A stretch of DNA of 64,000 nucleotides from positions 47,976,043 through 48,040,042 of the forward strand of contig NC_057728.1 of assembly GCF_004010195.1 (NCBI RefSeq), written 5' to 3'. Of this stretch, positions 1 to 13,081 are shown in pieces (the stretch's first letter is position 1; every line of letters starts with the position of its first letter). This DNA is from Chiloscyllium plagiosum (lineage: Eukaryota). The notes under the pieces are model-generated. The model was not told where the DNA came from, did not search any database, and was given only the letters and a program-made list of their open reading frames with translations. Both the position numbers and the translations under genes were made by a program.

Positions 1-598
1 CTCAGGGAGATTGCTTGTGTCTTCCCCAGTGAACACAGATCTGAAGTACCAATTCAATTCTTCTGCCATTTCTTTGTTCCCCGTAATATATTCCCCTGTT
101 TCTGTCTTCAAGGGCCCAACTTTAGTCTTAACCATTTTTTTTCCCTTTCAAATACCTAAAAAAGCTTTTACTATCCTCCTTTATAGTTTTGGCCAGTTTA
201 CCTTTGTACCTCATTTTTTCTCTTCATATTTCCTTCTTAGTGATCTCTGTTTTTCTTTAAAAGCTTCCCGGTCCTCCGTTTTCCCACTCATCTTTGCTAT
301 GTTATACTTTTTCTCTTTTGACTTTATATGTTTCTTAACTTCCCTTGTCAGCCACGGCCACTCCTCCTCCTCATAGGATCTTTCTTCCTTTTTGGAATGA
401 ACTGATCCAGCATCTTCTGCAGTATACACAGAAATATCTGCCATTGTTCCTCCACTGTCATCCCTGCTAAGGTATTGCACCATTGAACTTTGGCCAGCTC
501 CTCCCTCATAGCTCCTCCATAATTCCCTTTATTCAACTGAAATATTGTCACTACCGATTGTACCCTCTCCCTTTCAAATTGCAGATTGAAGCTTATTG
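1..598 (-). mobile_element. CR1 LINE ORF2 fragment (endonuclease-RT linker), degenerate
   Basis: Minus-strand peptides LNKGNYG..MREELAKVQW...VEEQWQIF and PWLTREVKKHIKSKEKKYNIAK, typical of CR1 ORF2; frameshifted. Confidence 0.85.
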
Positions 599-686
599 TT
601 CCCAATAAAATAGTTTCAAACCATGTCACACTCACTGCAACAAAGGAGAAGCTTACAATTTGTTTGTTTGTCATTTCCATTTTCAG

Positions 687-741
687 AGTGATGTGCGAGG
701 GACATATTACAAAACAGCAGACAGTGAGGAATCTTACTTTG
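687..741 (+). other. Candidate orphan exon of an unidentified upstream gene
   Basis: Pyrimidine-rich acceptor tttccattttcag| and donor G|gtatgt; two frames open (SDVRGTYYKTADSEESYF or VMCEGHITKQQTVRNLTL). Confidence 0.3.
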
Positions 742-1226
742 GTATGTTTTCTTATTGCAGCAAAGGAAAGGTCTTTAAGTTATCAAGTAAAAATAACATT
801 GACTAATTTGCCAGTTAGTTGAGAAGTTTCTCTCCATTAATTGCACCAACGTGAGACAACAAGCTCAAAAACCTGCTCACAGCAGGCCTAAATGTGTAGT
901 TTTTGCTCATCAACTGGAATTATGATGATTCCAGTGTAATGTTGTAAAAGGCCAGCAGGGGGCATGCTGGAACGTTGTAAAGGTGGAGAGAGGGGAAATG
1001 TGCCAAGTTAGGCTCTGTTTGGATTTCAATGGCCTGAGCATCAGAAAAGCTCTTGCACAGCTTGTAAATACAGTTTAATTCTGGACACCTAAGATAATGC
1101 ACTTCACTATCATATCTCTTCCCCAACTTTCCTTGTTACATGCTCAATTCCCACTCAGTTCCCTATTCTAAGGAATGATAACCTCATCTTAAATATTAGT
1201 TATGGATGAGTATTGCAGATATCCTC

Positions 1227-2728
1227 TGGTTCACCATACAACTTTTATTTTGAGCTTTAGAAATAAAGATAAACAACGTTGAAAATGTGAGGATTATTTC
1301 AATAAAATAGAGAAAACCAACATTCCCCAAATACAATATTACCTTTTAAGGATCAGTGATAATGAGGTTAATATGCCTTTAGAAACCCAATCATTCAATT
1401 TAACAGGATTGAACAAAAATCCCCATCATCTAAAATACTGGACAAAAACTCCAGACTTTTCAGAACTTATAAATTAAAGGGGGCAGCTGGGCTGAACTTG
1501 AGGAAAATTGCACAGACACAGAGAGGGCTGCTTGGAACTATTGTTCAGCCTGGAATTCTAATTTATATCTCCACTCCTACAAAACAATCAACCAAACCTA
1601 ACACTCAAAACTGAAGCTAACTTTTACTCCTTGGTCTACCCAGCACTGACAGTATGGTGTCTTAAGGGATACTAGATATTCAACTTCAATCAAAATCCAT
1701 TTACACATACTCTTAACTATTGCAAAGCCAACTGACTTCAAAGAGAGCACCAGTAACACAATGGCAAGCGTAGAGTTGGCACAAAAATAAGAGACCCACA
1801 ATTAGTATACAGTCATTCCAGGCCTGATCTCACCTTAAGTAGCTATCCCCACAGTTATCTCCAGAAGAGGGATCCCAAAAGCTATCTCTCCCAGAGCCAT
1901 TCTTCCAACAGCTAATTCCATCTGCTATTTCAAAGAGCTATCTCCGGAAGGGGATACCGACAGCAAATCCGAAGCCTCCTGACACAGGCCTGTTCTGCAC
2001 CACAGGAGCCAACGGCGACAGACCATAATCAGCAGACTCAAGAAACAAAGGCCTCCAAAAGCCACCAACCCGACCGATATCACAAGGCCTCAGACACATC
2101 CTGAGGTGAGAACTGGCCTGTAAAACTACCAGAAAGTATGGAAAACCAAGTACTCACCCAATAAATCCACTATGTGTCCTACCGCATTTGCAGACTCAAC
2201 CCAAGCTGAAGGCCTACACAGTCCAAAGTCTTCATTGAGGCCCTGGGTGTGGCAAATGGGAACAGCCAGCTGTACTTCAAAATTGTGTTTCCCCCAGTGG
2301 TGAGTTTAAACTCCCGAGACCCTATAGTTTCTGAACTAGCTGACAGAGAGAGGAAGGTGGGAGGTGACAGTGCATGAGATCCTAAGGGTAGGAAGCCTGA
2401 TTAAAGTTTCTGTGATTAAAACCACTGTTTAGTTTCTAATAGTGTTTAATCTGTGTTTAATTTAATACTGTAGTAAATTACTGTCTTCTGCTTAATTGAC
2501 AGTGTTAATTTTACTGTTTGCATTTACTTTTATTTTCTTGTATTACACTACCTTTTTTTGTTTTTAAATAAACATAGAAATTCTTTTTCCCTGAAATACC
2601 TGTCTACTGCCTTCTTCATTTCACATTCCTAAATAAGCCCAGTGTCTCGATCCAAGGATTTGGAGGTGATTCGAACAACCCAATCTCAGTAAGTTACTGA
2701 GTGCAAACCAGAACCTATTTGGTGAACA
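1227..2728 (+). mobile_element. Possible solo LTR / LTR-like element
   Basis: Begins tggttcacca and ends tggtgaaca (imperfect inverted termini, TG...CA); AATAAA near 2567; internal agctatctcc-like repeats at 1840-1950. No TSD found. Confidence 0.4.
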
Positions 2729-2769
2729 TTTGTTTTGCAGAGAGTTTATTGTAAGACTAGCAATTTACA

Positions 2770-3480
2770 TGTTACACAAATGCCAGGTAATGACCACTAT
2801 CAATAACTGACAATCTAACCATTGCCCCTTGACATTCAATGGTGTTACCATCAGTAAAGCCATCACTATCAATATCCCTAGGATTACCACTTACCAGTAA
2901 TTCAACTAAACTCACCATATAGATATAGTTGGTATTTATAATAGCAGTCTGATGTTAGGAATACCCTAGTGAGTAACTCACTTCCTGACTTCCCAAATCC
3001 TACCCACCAACCACAAGGCACAGGCCAGGAGAATACTCCACACCCGCCTGGATGGGTACAGCTCCAACAACACTCAAGGAGCTTGACACCATCCAGGACA
3101 AAGCTGGTGGTTTGATTGACACCACATCCACAAATATGCACTCCCTTCACCACCAACGCTCAGCTGCAACAGTGTGTACTATTACAAGATGCACTGCAGA
3201 AATTCACCAAAGGAAAAGTACAGCATTTACATGGGAACACTGCCACCTGTAAGTTTCCTTCCAAGCCACTCACCATTCTGACTTGAAAATATACTGCTGT
3301 TCCTTCATTGTCACTGAGTCAAAATACTGGAATTCCCTTCTCAAGGGCATTGTTCTACAGTACATGGATTGCAGTGGCTCAAGAAGGCAGCTCACCACCA
3401 CCTTCTCAATGGCAACCAGGTACAGGCACTAGATCCTGGTCAGCCAGCATTGCCCACATCCCATGATTGAATTTAGAAAA
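2770..3480 (+). mobile_element. CR1/L2-class LINE 3' fragment
   Basis: APTTLKELDTIQDKA-type RT C-terminal peptide and a gcccacatcccatga tail; same family seen at 16760-17830 and 51985-53765 on the minus strand. Confidence 0.75.
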
Positions 3481-3841
3481 ATGATCCAGGTCAAAAGTAA
3501 TGTCACGGGTTCATGGTTTTATCATGGCTTTTATGGCTCATGTTCAAATAAGAGAATGTCTGCTGAGACACTGAAAAACCTCTTGTGTGCTTGTGCAAAA
3601 TATGCGTGCGGTATCCAAGGCTGATTCAGTACTAAAAGGTTTGAAGTTCACCATCAGGGTGGGGCTGATGAGCTTTCAATTCTTTCACAATAATATGTGG
3701 CCAGGCCATTAATGTGCATTGGAAGGTTTATGCCCTTTTTGCAATTGGGAGTGAGGACTGTTCCATTTGATGTATTATTGCCCATCAGTTTGCTGTTGGG
3801 GGGGGTGGGGGGCAGCCTCCATCTACCACATGGACTTCAGT

Positions 3842-4180
3842 CTCACTGGGGAGACGCTTGCCATCTGGAACTTACCTCTCAATCAATGTCATTGTCTACC
3901 CGTTGAGAACAGAAGAATAATGACATGCCAGCCATTGTTGGCATGAAATTGCCACCAGGTTTACCTCCAAACACAACTCCTTTCCACTATGAAAGTCCAG
4001 CTTAATACCTCTCACTGGGGAGACGCTTGCCATCTGGAACTTACCCTCTCAATCAATGTCATTGTCTACCCGTTGAGAACAGAAGAAGAATGACATGCCA
4101 GCCATTGTTGGCATGAAATTGCCACCAGGTTTACCTCCAAACACAACTCCTTTCCACTATGAAAGTCCAGCTTAATACCT
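3842..4180. repeat. Tandem duplication, 2 x ~169 bp
   Basis: 3842-4010 and 4011-4180 are nearly identical (one substitution and one 1-bp indel seen). Confidence 0.95.
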
Positions 4181-4662
4181 CCTTATGTAATTTGGGATAT
4201 TGTATTGCATTAAAGACACAATATAAATATATGTCCTTTTCACACATTAAAAAAATCCACATATTGCACTATTTTTCCCCTAAAGCTTGGGGACAGCCAT
4301 TCCTGGGCGCATTTCCCATGGCAAATCGTTGTCCAATCAGAGTCTACTTGCCAAGTAATCAGGACTTGCTTCATGCTGTGCAACTAGTTATTCCCTTTGA
4401 GATTTCTTCAGTACTCAAGTTCTACCAAATGACTATATAAATATAAGTTGCTATTGTAATTACTATCCCGTATTCCCAATTCCTCCGCCTCCGCCGTATC
4501 TGCTCCCAGGAGGACCAGTTCCACCATAGAACACACCAGATGGCCTCCTTCTTTAGAGACTGCAATTTCCCTTCCCATGTGGTTAAAGATGCCCTCCAAC
4601 GCATCTCGTCCACATCCCGCACCTCCGCCCTCAGACCCAACCCCTCCAACCGCAACAAAGAC

Positions 4663-5325
4663 NNNNNNNNNNNNNNNNNNNNNNNNNNNNNNNNNNNNNN
4701 NNNNNNNNNNNNNNNNNNNNNNNNNNNNNNNNNNNNNNNNNNNNNNNNNNNNNNNNNNNNNNNNNNNNNNNNNNNNNNNNNNNNNNNNNNNNNNNNNNNN
4801 NNNNNNNNNNNNNNNNNNNNNNNNNNNNNNNNNNNNNNNNNNNNNNNNNNNNNNNNNNNNNNNNNNNNNNNNNNNNNNNNNNNNNNNNNNNNNNNNNNNN
4901 NNNNNNNNNNNNNNNNNNNNNNNNNNNNNNNNNNNNNNNNNNNNNNNNNNNNNNNNNNNNNNNNNNNNNNNNNNNNNNNNNNNNNNNNNNNNNNNNNNNN
5001 NNNNNNNNNNNNNNNNNNNNNNNNNNNNNNNNNNNNNNNNNNNNNNNNNNNNNNNNNNNNNNNNNNNNNNNNNNNNNNNNNNNNNNNNNNNNNNNNNNNN
5101 NNNNNNNNNNNNNNNNNNNNNNNNNNNNNNNNNNNNNNNNNNNNNNNNNNNNNNNNNNNNNNNNNNNNNNNNNNNNNNNNNNNNNNNNNNNNNNNNNNNN
5201 NNNNNNNNNNNNNNNNNNNNNNNNNNNNNNNNNNNNNNNNNNNNNNNNNNNNNNNNNNNNNNNNNNNNNNNNNNNNNNNNNNNNNNNNNNNNNNNNNNNN
5301 NNNNNNNNNNNNNNNNNNNNNNNNT
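4663..5325. other. Assembly gap (N run)
   Basis: Run of n characters. Confidence 1.
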
Positions 5326-5366
5326 CTAGCTTATCTCTCCACGCTTCAGGCTCACTGCCTTTATTC

Positions 5367-5394
5367 CTGATGAAGGGCTTTTGCCCGAAACGTC
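5367..5394 (+). ncRNA. Minimal type-I hammerhead ribozyme core (family A)
   Basis: CUGAUGA + stem II GGGC/GCCC + GAAA + palindromic ACGU + GUC cleavage triplet. Confidence 0.75.
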
Positions 5395-6864
5395 GATTTC
5401 GTTGCTCGTTGGATGCTGCCTGAACTGCTGTGCTCTTCCAGCACCACTGATCCAGAATTGTAATTACTACGTTGAATGAACTATTTCTGATATACTGCCA
5501 TCTACTGGCAACATTCTGTAAACCTTGTATTCGTGATTCACATCATGCACTGATGGGCATCAAATTGCATGCTTAGAAGAATCAGCTTAGTCAAATTAAT
5601 TTAAAATGCTAGAGTGTGCCACCCAATAGCTAAAGAGAAAGGAAAAGCTGGTATTCATGGAATAATAGATCGAGGTAGAGGTTGATTTGACTTAATTCGG
5701 GAATCTCCTTTGTGTACCAGTGAACAGTGCCAGGTAGTGAGCAATGAAGCTTCTATTTTAACTTTGTTTACTATTCAGTCTCAACCTCAGAGTGGCAGAG
5801 GCAGTAAACGAGGGCAGGTGGAACCAACAACGCTGATACTTCTGAATATTCTACTCTTGCATTCCACTTGATAGGTTCACAGAATTGTTACCATCCACAA
5901 AGAGGCCATTTGGTCCTCCATATCTGCACTGGTAACAACTTGATAGCAAACTGCCTTATTTCACTTATTGGTATTTTTAATGGCTTAGATTTGACAAAGG
6001 AGAAAAATCGAAGAAAAACTGGAGAGTGTTTCCAAAATCTTAATAGCCTTTAGTGCAAATGTAAGTAATGCTATTTAACTCCATTGCTGTTAGTCAACAT
6101 CAGATGAAATTTTTAAATTAGTAAGTTGTTTTCAATAACATTTGCACACTCCAATAAATATGCATAATGCTGATTACAACGGTGTAATTAGAGTGTGATT
6201 ACCACTTAATAAATTTGAGGTGATATTTGATGTTGTCTCATAATTATAATCATTAGTTATTCAATGTGAACAACATCAAGATATAAACCACCTCTTACCA
6301 ACTCTTGGTTGACAAAATTTAAAAAATGCAGTGCAAACTTAAAATTCTCACATTGTGACCAATTACCATCTATTTACCATGCTTTATTCACCAAAGATTA
6401 CTTACCTCTGACTAATCTGTCAGTAGAGTAGCTCAGTTATTTTCAGACAATTGAACTGTGGTTTATTTTTCTCAGTAGGAGGCTAACTCTGGAGCAGCTG
6501 AAAGTTAAGTTAAATACAAAGCCATTTTCACAAATATTGCATTAAAAAAGAAATGAGCTCCTATATTCAATTAACTATTCAATCTTGGTTCCCTTTATTA
6601 AACAGAATATTCCAATTAATACTGGCTCTGTCCTTTTTTTTTAAACTGTTGTTTAATTTAAATATATCCTCAACTAAGAACAGAAGCTGAATAAATGACG
6701 TGCACATAATAAGCACTGAAGAGTCACTTGTTCAGTTCATCATCCTTGACCAAGTACACTGCTTGCATTGTTACTAAAGAAATGGGTTTTCAATTTCTTC
6801 TTACTAAGTGTGAAAATGTGAATTGAATGAATTCTTGTCAACATTCATTCACATAAGATTAGGT

Positions 6865-6936
6865 TAGGATATCTGGTCGGCATGAACGAGTTGGACCGAA
6901 GGGTCTGTTTCCATGCTGTACATCTCTATGACTCTA
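6865..6936 (+). mobile_element. CR1 3' tail fragment
   Basis: gttggaccgaagggtctgtttccatgctgtacatctctatgactcta, the CR1/SINE shared 3' terminus. Confidence 0.7.
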
Positions 6937-9900
6937 AGTACATTGATTATTTTAACTTTGGTATTTTGCTTTGGCAAACAACAGGTTCTGTATGCACATC
7001 AGTTGCAATAAGGTGCTTGTAATTTCCAATGTAATTTTGAATGCTTTTCTGTCTGTTCATTTGTTTATTTTGTTTCTACAATTCTCAAAAGGTAATATTT
7101 CATCAATATATAGGGCTAGAAATTTCTCTGACCTGTCTTCTATGCATGAAGTTGAGACTGATGAATTACCTGTGTGTCATTTAGATTAATATTGTGCACC
7201 CACCTCATTTCCCTGACTGTGACACTTGGCTGAGAGGTTGCCACACTGCTTCTGTGATTGTCCTCTGAACCCACCATTGCAGCCCCCCACCCGCTACACA
7301 CCAAGACAACCCAGCAAGGCTGCCTAGACAGCCCTAGCTGGGGGAAGAAGAAGAGAAAAATCTACCACCAAAAGTGTTGAGAAGGTGCTGTCACTTAATC
7401 TTTCATTCCCAGCCACCAGCTCAGAATCTCTCATTCCTCAAACCATAGAAACCAGGATAGTATTGGGAGTAACACATGATGAATCACTCGCCACAGCCAG
7501 GATAGGGGGGTAAAGGTAATGCAGGTGCTAGCTCCCTGGAGGGCAACATTAAAACTGTGTTGTTTTGTATGTGGGTGGAGGGGTGAACACTCAGATAGGA
7601 CCTGAAGGAGTGTTGTGTGGGAGTACACCGATGAAACGCACACCAAGATATTTGATGCACAGGCAAATCTGCCAGACAACCTCCAGTTACTGCCTAGAAG
7701 CGTGGAGCAGTCTGGCTCCAATATGACTCACGCAGAGCTTGAAGACCATCCTTCACACCATAGAAATAATGGCCAGCTCCACGAGAGGATGCGGGATTGA
7801 CCCAGGATGGAGCACCTGGTTGCTCTCCCAACTCCTCGTGGCACAGTCAGAATCGTTCTGACATCTGGTTGTTGTCATCAGATCAGATCGAGATCAGGAG
7901 ATCCCTGGCTGTTCCCATGCGGATTCCACCATGTTTGTGGGTGTCATTATTCAAAGGATGTTTGCAGGCTCCAACAGTAGACCAGTCAATAGCGCTCTAT
8001 TAGCTGGCTAGGATTGTTGAGATGAGACCCATTAGGTTTGCCAGTGACCCCATGGAAGATAACATCCTGTCCTTTCTCAGCATGACAGCATTGGTGTTCT
8101 GACAACCACTGCTCGATCATTGCCCTTACCTTTGCCTCTTAGCCTGACAGCTCAGAAGCTGCAGACACAACAATGTTACTGTGTAGGAGCACTAAACAAA
8201 AAAGGACATCCACAAGACAGAGAGGAAGCAAATGCTCAGGGATGAATAATTCATTGTTTTTAGTATAATCAGATAAGTTGTTATACAGAAATGTTTTGTG
8301 AAGGTTTTTATAGATGACATATTGTAGAATCTAGGTCAAGGAAATGCTGTGATATAGAGTGTAAAAGGAATATGAAATGACTGTTGATTTCATGTTGGAA
8401 GGTGGAAGTTTGTTTGAGGTGGTTAAGGGATTCTGCATTCCATTTCGTGATATTCTATGCATTGGGTCCATGGATCCCCCTGTTCCTCTCCTAATCCTCC
8501 TTCCTCTTAGGACTTGGTCTCCCTGTCCCACTCCTGGTGTTATGGTAAACCGGAAGATAAAACTGCCTCCTGACCTCAGTCAGCCAATCAGGTCACCATC
8601 TGTCATCTTTGGCAATTATCCTAAAGTGGCATCAAACCACTCTGGAAAGTGAGGACAGTGCTTCCACCAACTCTGTGTAGGGAAAGTTACTAAAATCCAT
8701 CTCACCTGCAAATCCTGGAAGTGATCATTTACTTTGTAAAGGTTCAGGTTCCAGCTTGCATGCTGCATGCCTCATCTTTTGGAATGATGTATGAGCTTGG
8801 GGGCAGAAAGGGTTTTCGATTCTGATATTGTATCCAACTCCTGGGCCAGTTGATGTTGAGATGGTATCAGCTCAAGCAATCCAGTCACACCGGCAATACA
8901 CTATCATACATATCCCTGTGCTATTAGGCCATTCAGGCAGTGACTGGTGGTGCAGACCACAGTTCCACAGAGATGCCACAGAATTTCTAGCCTATAATTT
9001 CTTGACAATCAGTAGTTGATCTTGTTCATTCTTCAGTGTTCCATAATCATCATAATAACAACAACATGAATCATGGAGGTTATTTTCATGCATTATGCCA
9101 ACAAAGAAAAATAAAACTCAATAAAGTAGATTCCATCCAAAGCTCCATAGAATATGTTGTTAAAACCAATAGTTACTTAGGAGTGGTTTCAAGGCTCTAA
9201 TCTCACTTGAGGGTTTAAACAGCCAATATAAATGTCTCAACCTTCATTTCTGTGACTTCTAACAAAACCCTTAAAGTCCTTCATCAAGTGATGTCAACAG
9301 ATTCATTAAAATAATCCCACTAGCAATAATTACTATTTTGCAATATGCACAAGGTAAGCACAATTGTTTTTTTTTAATTTATTTTCCAAGAGCTTTGAAG
9401 TACCCAAAACATAACTGCTCTTCGATTAGAAATAAAATACCAGTTATTGCTAAGAAGCCAACACCCAAAGGATTTCTTCAAAAAAAACAAACTGCAGACA
9501 ATATGCATTCATTTTAAATTATTTATTGCTTAGGGTGAAACATTATCTGACTTTTGTGCTGTCCTAAAAATCAACTGCTGCAGGCATACTCTGTGGCTAC
9601 AAAGTAAAACTGCAGTGCTAGCGAATGCTTTATAACTAAGTTGTAATGTAATTATTTCTCAGTTAAACCCTTTTGTTTTCTATGTTGTCTCCCATGACAT
9701 TTTTCTCCAGTTACTCAGCTAGGTTGACACAATTAAGACTGGACACAGTATTGTGGGATTGCACATGCCATTATTCGAATCGAACACAGAACAACCATGG
9801 GATCAATTCTTTTATGACCTTTTCCACAATCAGACCAAGTTAATGCTTTGGCTGAGGAGCAGCCCCATTAATTATGCAGGTGAAACAATTTGGATATTGA

Positions 9901-10240
9901 CATTGCGGAGGTGAAATGGAACAAGAAACTTTGAACAGTGCTAGACAAAGAGAGCTCACTGCATTTTTTTTAACTCTGGTTGGTTGAGTTTTGAGGACCA
10001 CTGTATAAAGCCTGTCACTGTGAAGGTTAACCGAAATATTGCTATCACTGCACAAGACCTCATTATATTTTTGATATAATGGAATTTATATCACACAGAG
10101 CAACATTTAAATCAAAGAATCTGGCCATTTTTGCTAATTGAACAGATTTATTTTCTTTGTTCTTTCATGGGATATGACATTACTGCTAAAATCTGCAATC
10201 GTTCTCTATGCCTAGTTGTCACACAGCCATACAGCATGGA

Positions 10241-10559
10241 GGCAGCACAGTGGCTTAGTGGTTAGCACTGCTGCCTCACAGCATCAGTGACCTGGGTTTG
10301 ATTCCCACCTTGGGCGACTGTGTGTGGAGTTTGCATGTTCTCCCTGTGGCTTCCTCTGGGCGCTCTGGTTTCCTCTCACAATCCAAAGATGTGCAAGTTA
10401 TGCAAATTGGTCATGCAAATTGCCCACAGTGATAGGTGCATCAGTCAGGGGTAAATGTAGGTTAGGGGAATTGGTCTGGATGGGTTACTCTTCAGAGGGT
10501 CGGTGTGGACTTGTTGGGCCAAAGGGCCTGTTTCCATACTGTTGGGAATCTAATCTAAT
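10241..10559 (+). mobile_element. tRNA-derived SINE (HE1/V-SINE type)
   Basis: A box tggcttagtgg, B box ggtttgattcc, V-domain-like tgtgtggagtttgcatgttctcc, CR1-like tail with (taatc)n; catgga flanks both sides. Confidence 0.88.
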
Positions 10560-11686
10560 CATGGAAACAGACCCATCAATCCAACTAGTCCATGCCAACC
10601 ATTTCCCCAAACTTAACTAATCCCACATGCCTATGTTTGGCCCATATCCCTCTAAACCTTTCTGATTCATGTACTTATCCAAATGTATTTTAAATGTTGT
10701 AACTGTACTCACATCCACCACTTGCTGTGGCAGTTCATTCCACACATGAACCACTCTTTGTGTAAAACAGTTGTTCCTTATGTCCTTTTTAATTCTTTCT
10801 CCTCTCACCTTAAAAATATGCCCCCTAGTTTTGAAGTTCCCCACCTCGGGGAAAAGACATTTGTTATTCACCCTAGCTATGCCCCTCTTGAGTTTATAAA
10901 TCTCAATAAGGTCAGTTCTATGCCCCAGTGAAAAATCATCCCAGCCAATCTAGTCTATTTTTATAACTTAAACCCTCCTTTCCCTGCAACATCCTGGTAA
11001 ATCTTTTCTGAACCCTGTCCAGTTTAATAATGTCCTTCCTATAGCAGGGTGATCAGAACTGCACACAGTACTCCAGAAGGGGCCTCACCAATGTCCTGTA
11101 CAACCTCAATATGACATACCAACTCAAAAGTCTGAGCAAAGAAGGCAAGTATGCTAAATGCCTTCTTAACCACTCTGTCTAACTGTGATGCATTTTTCTA
11201 AAAGAATTATGTACCTGAACCCCTAGGTCTCTCTGATCTACAACACTACCCATGACCATACCATTAATTGTATGAGTTCTAACCTTGTTTGTTTTACCAA
11301 AATGCAGTACATGGCATTTATCCAAATTAAACATCATCTGCCACTCCTCAGCCCATTGACCTAATTGACCAAGATAATTTTGTACTTTTAGATACCCTTC
11401 TTCACTGTCCACTATACCATCAACTTTAGTGTCATCCACAAACTTACTAAGCACACTTCTTATATTCTCATTCAAATCATTTATATAAATGACAAACAAA
11501 ATTGGACCCTGTGCTGATCCCTGTGGAACACTACTGGTCACAGACCTCCAGTCTGAAAAGCCACCACCCCCCTCTGTCTCCTATCATTAAGCCAATTTTG
11601 TATTCAATTGCCAAGCTCACTCTGAATTCCATGTGAACTAACTTTACTAATTAGTCTGCCATGTAGAACATTATCAAAGGCAGTCA

Positions 11687-11931
11687 TGATTTGGAGATGC
11701 CGGCATTGGACTGGGGATTACAAAGTAAAAAATCACACAACACCAGGTTATAGTCCAACAGGTTTAATTGGAAACACTAACTTTTGGAGCGCCGCTCATT
11801 CATCAGGTGGTTGTGATCAATTAGGTCAAGGGCTGAGGAGTGAACCACCTGATGAAGGAGCAGCGCTCTGAAAGCTAGTGTTTCCAATTAAACCTGTTGG
11901 ACTATAACCTGGTGTGGTGTGATTTTTAACC
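11687..11931. mobile_element. Palindromic non-autonomous Penelope derivative (family B) with a hammerhead core in each arm
   Basis: Inverted arms aaaaatcacacaacaccaggttatagtccaacagg... / ...cctgttggactataacctggtgtggtgtgattttt; core CTGATGAAGGAGCAGCGCTCTGAAAGCTA at 11849-11877 plus a degenerate reverse copy. Confidence 0.8.
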
Positions 11932-11961
11932 TTATCAAAAGCTGTACTAAAGTCTATGTAA

Positions 11962-13063
11962 GCTGAAAATATGTTGCTGGAAAAGCGCAGCAGGTCAGGC
12001 AGCATCCAGGGAACAGGAGAATCGATGTTTCGGGCATAAGCCCTTCTTCAGGAATGAGGAAAGTTTGTTGTTGTGGTTTGGCGGTGGATGAGTCCAATGA
12101 CCTGCATATCCTCGGTGGAGTGGGAGGGTGAGTTGAAATGCTGTGCTACAGGGTGATTGGGTTGGTTCGTCCGGGTGGCCCAGAGGTGCTCTCTGAATCG
12201 CTCCGCAAGTAGGCGGCCTGTCTCCCCAATATAGAGGAGGCCACACCGGCTGCAGCGGATGCAGTAGATGATGTGGGTGGAGGTGCAGGTGAATCTGTGG
12301 CGGATATGGGAGTTTCCTTTTGGGCCTTGGAGAGGAGTGAGGGGGGAGGTGTGGGCGCAAGTGTTGCACCTCCTGCGGTTGCAAGGGAAGGTGCCGGGAG
12401 TGGTGGTTGGGTCGGTGGGGGGTGTGGATCTGACAAGGGAGTCGCGGAGGGAGTGGTCTCTACGGAAAGCTGATAGGGGAGGGGAGGGAAATATATCCTT
12501 GGTGCTGGGTCTGTTTGGAGGTGGCGGAAGTGACGGCGGATGATGCGCTGTACATGGGGGTTGGTGGGGTGGTAGGTGGGGGCCAGTGGGGTTCTGTCCT
12601 GGTGGCGGTTGGTGGGGCGGGGCTCAAGGGCGGAGGAGCGGGAAGTGGAGGAGATGCGGTGGAGGGCATCGTCGATCACGTCGGGGGGGAAATTGCGGTC
12701 CTTGAAGAAGGAGACCATCTGGGTTGTACGTTTTTGGAACTGGTCCTCCTGGGAGAGGGTGCGGCGGAGTCGAAGGAATTGGGAGAGTGGGATGGCGTTT
12801 TTACAGGGGGCATGGTGGGAGGAGGTGTAGTCCAGGTAGCTGTGGGAGTCGGTCGGTTTGTAGTAGATGTCCGTGTTGATTCGGTACCTTTTATCCCTAC
12901 CTTTTATCTTAGCCTGCTGGACAAACTTTCCTCATTCCTGAAGAAGGGCTTATGCCTGAAACGTCGATTCTCCTGTTCGCTGGATGCTGCCTCACCTGCT
13001 GCGCTTTTCCAGCAACACATTTTCAGCTCTGATCTCCAGTATCTGCAGTCCTCACTTTCTCCT
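11962..13063 (-). mobile_element. Penelope-like element: GIY-YIG endonuclease region flanked by inverted pLTRs
   Basis: Minus-strand IYCIRCSRCGLLYIGETGRLLAERFREHLW (GIY-YIG); inverted pLTRs with hammerhead cores (~12024-12051 on -, 12938-12965 on +); TSD taaagtctatgtaa at 11948-11961 and 13064-13077. Confidence 0.92.
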
Positions 13064-13081
13064 TAAAGTCTATGTAAACAA

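Larger units (their letters stand above)
4466..5456 (+). mobile_element. Penelope-like element (5'-truncated, spans the assembly gap) ending in a pLTR with a hammerhead core
   Basis: IPYSQFLRLRRICSQEDQF...MASFFRD...DALQRISSTSR peptide; 3' pLTR with CTGATGA-GGGC..GCCC-GAAACGTC; 13-bp TSD attgtaattacta at 4453-4465 and 5457-5469. Confidence 0.88.

Noticed and set aside
4540..5370. Long ORFs of 250-276 aa
   Set aside because: Artefacts of translating through the N gap.
5989..6060. In-frame TGA as a selenocysteine codon
   Set aside because: No recognisable selenoprotein similarity or SECIS; even the exon status is uncertain.
10241..10320. tRNA genes at SINE heads
   Set aside because: A and B boxes continue into SINE body and LINE-derived tails; multiple diverged copies; no clean cloverleaf evident.
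12268..13066. Gly/Val-rich plus-strand ORFs (also 52943-53530)
   Set aside because: Antisense frames of Penelope coding sequence.
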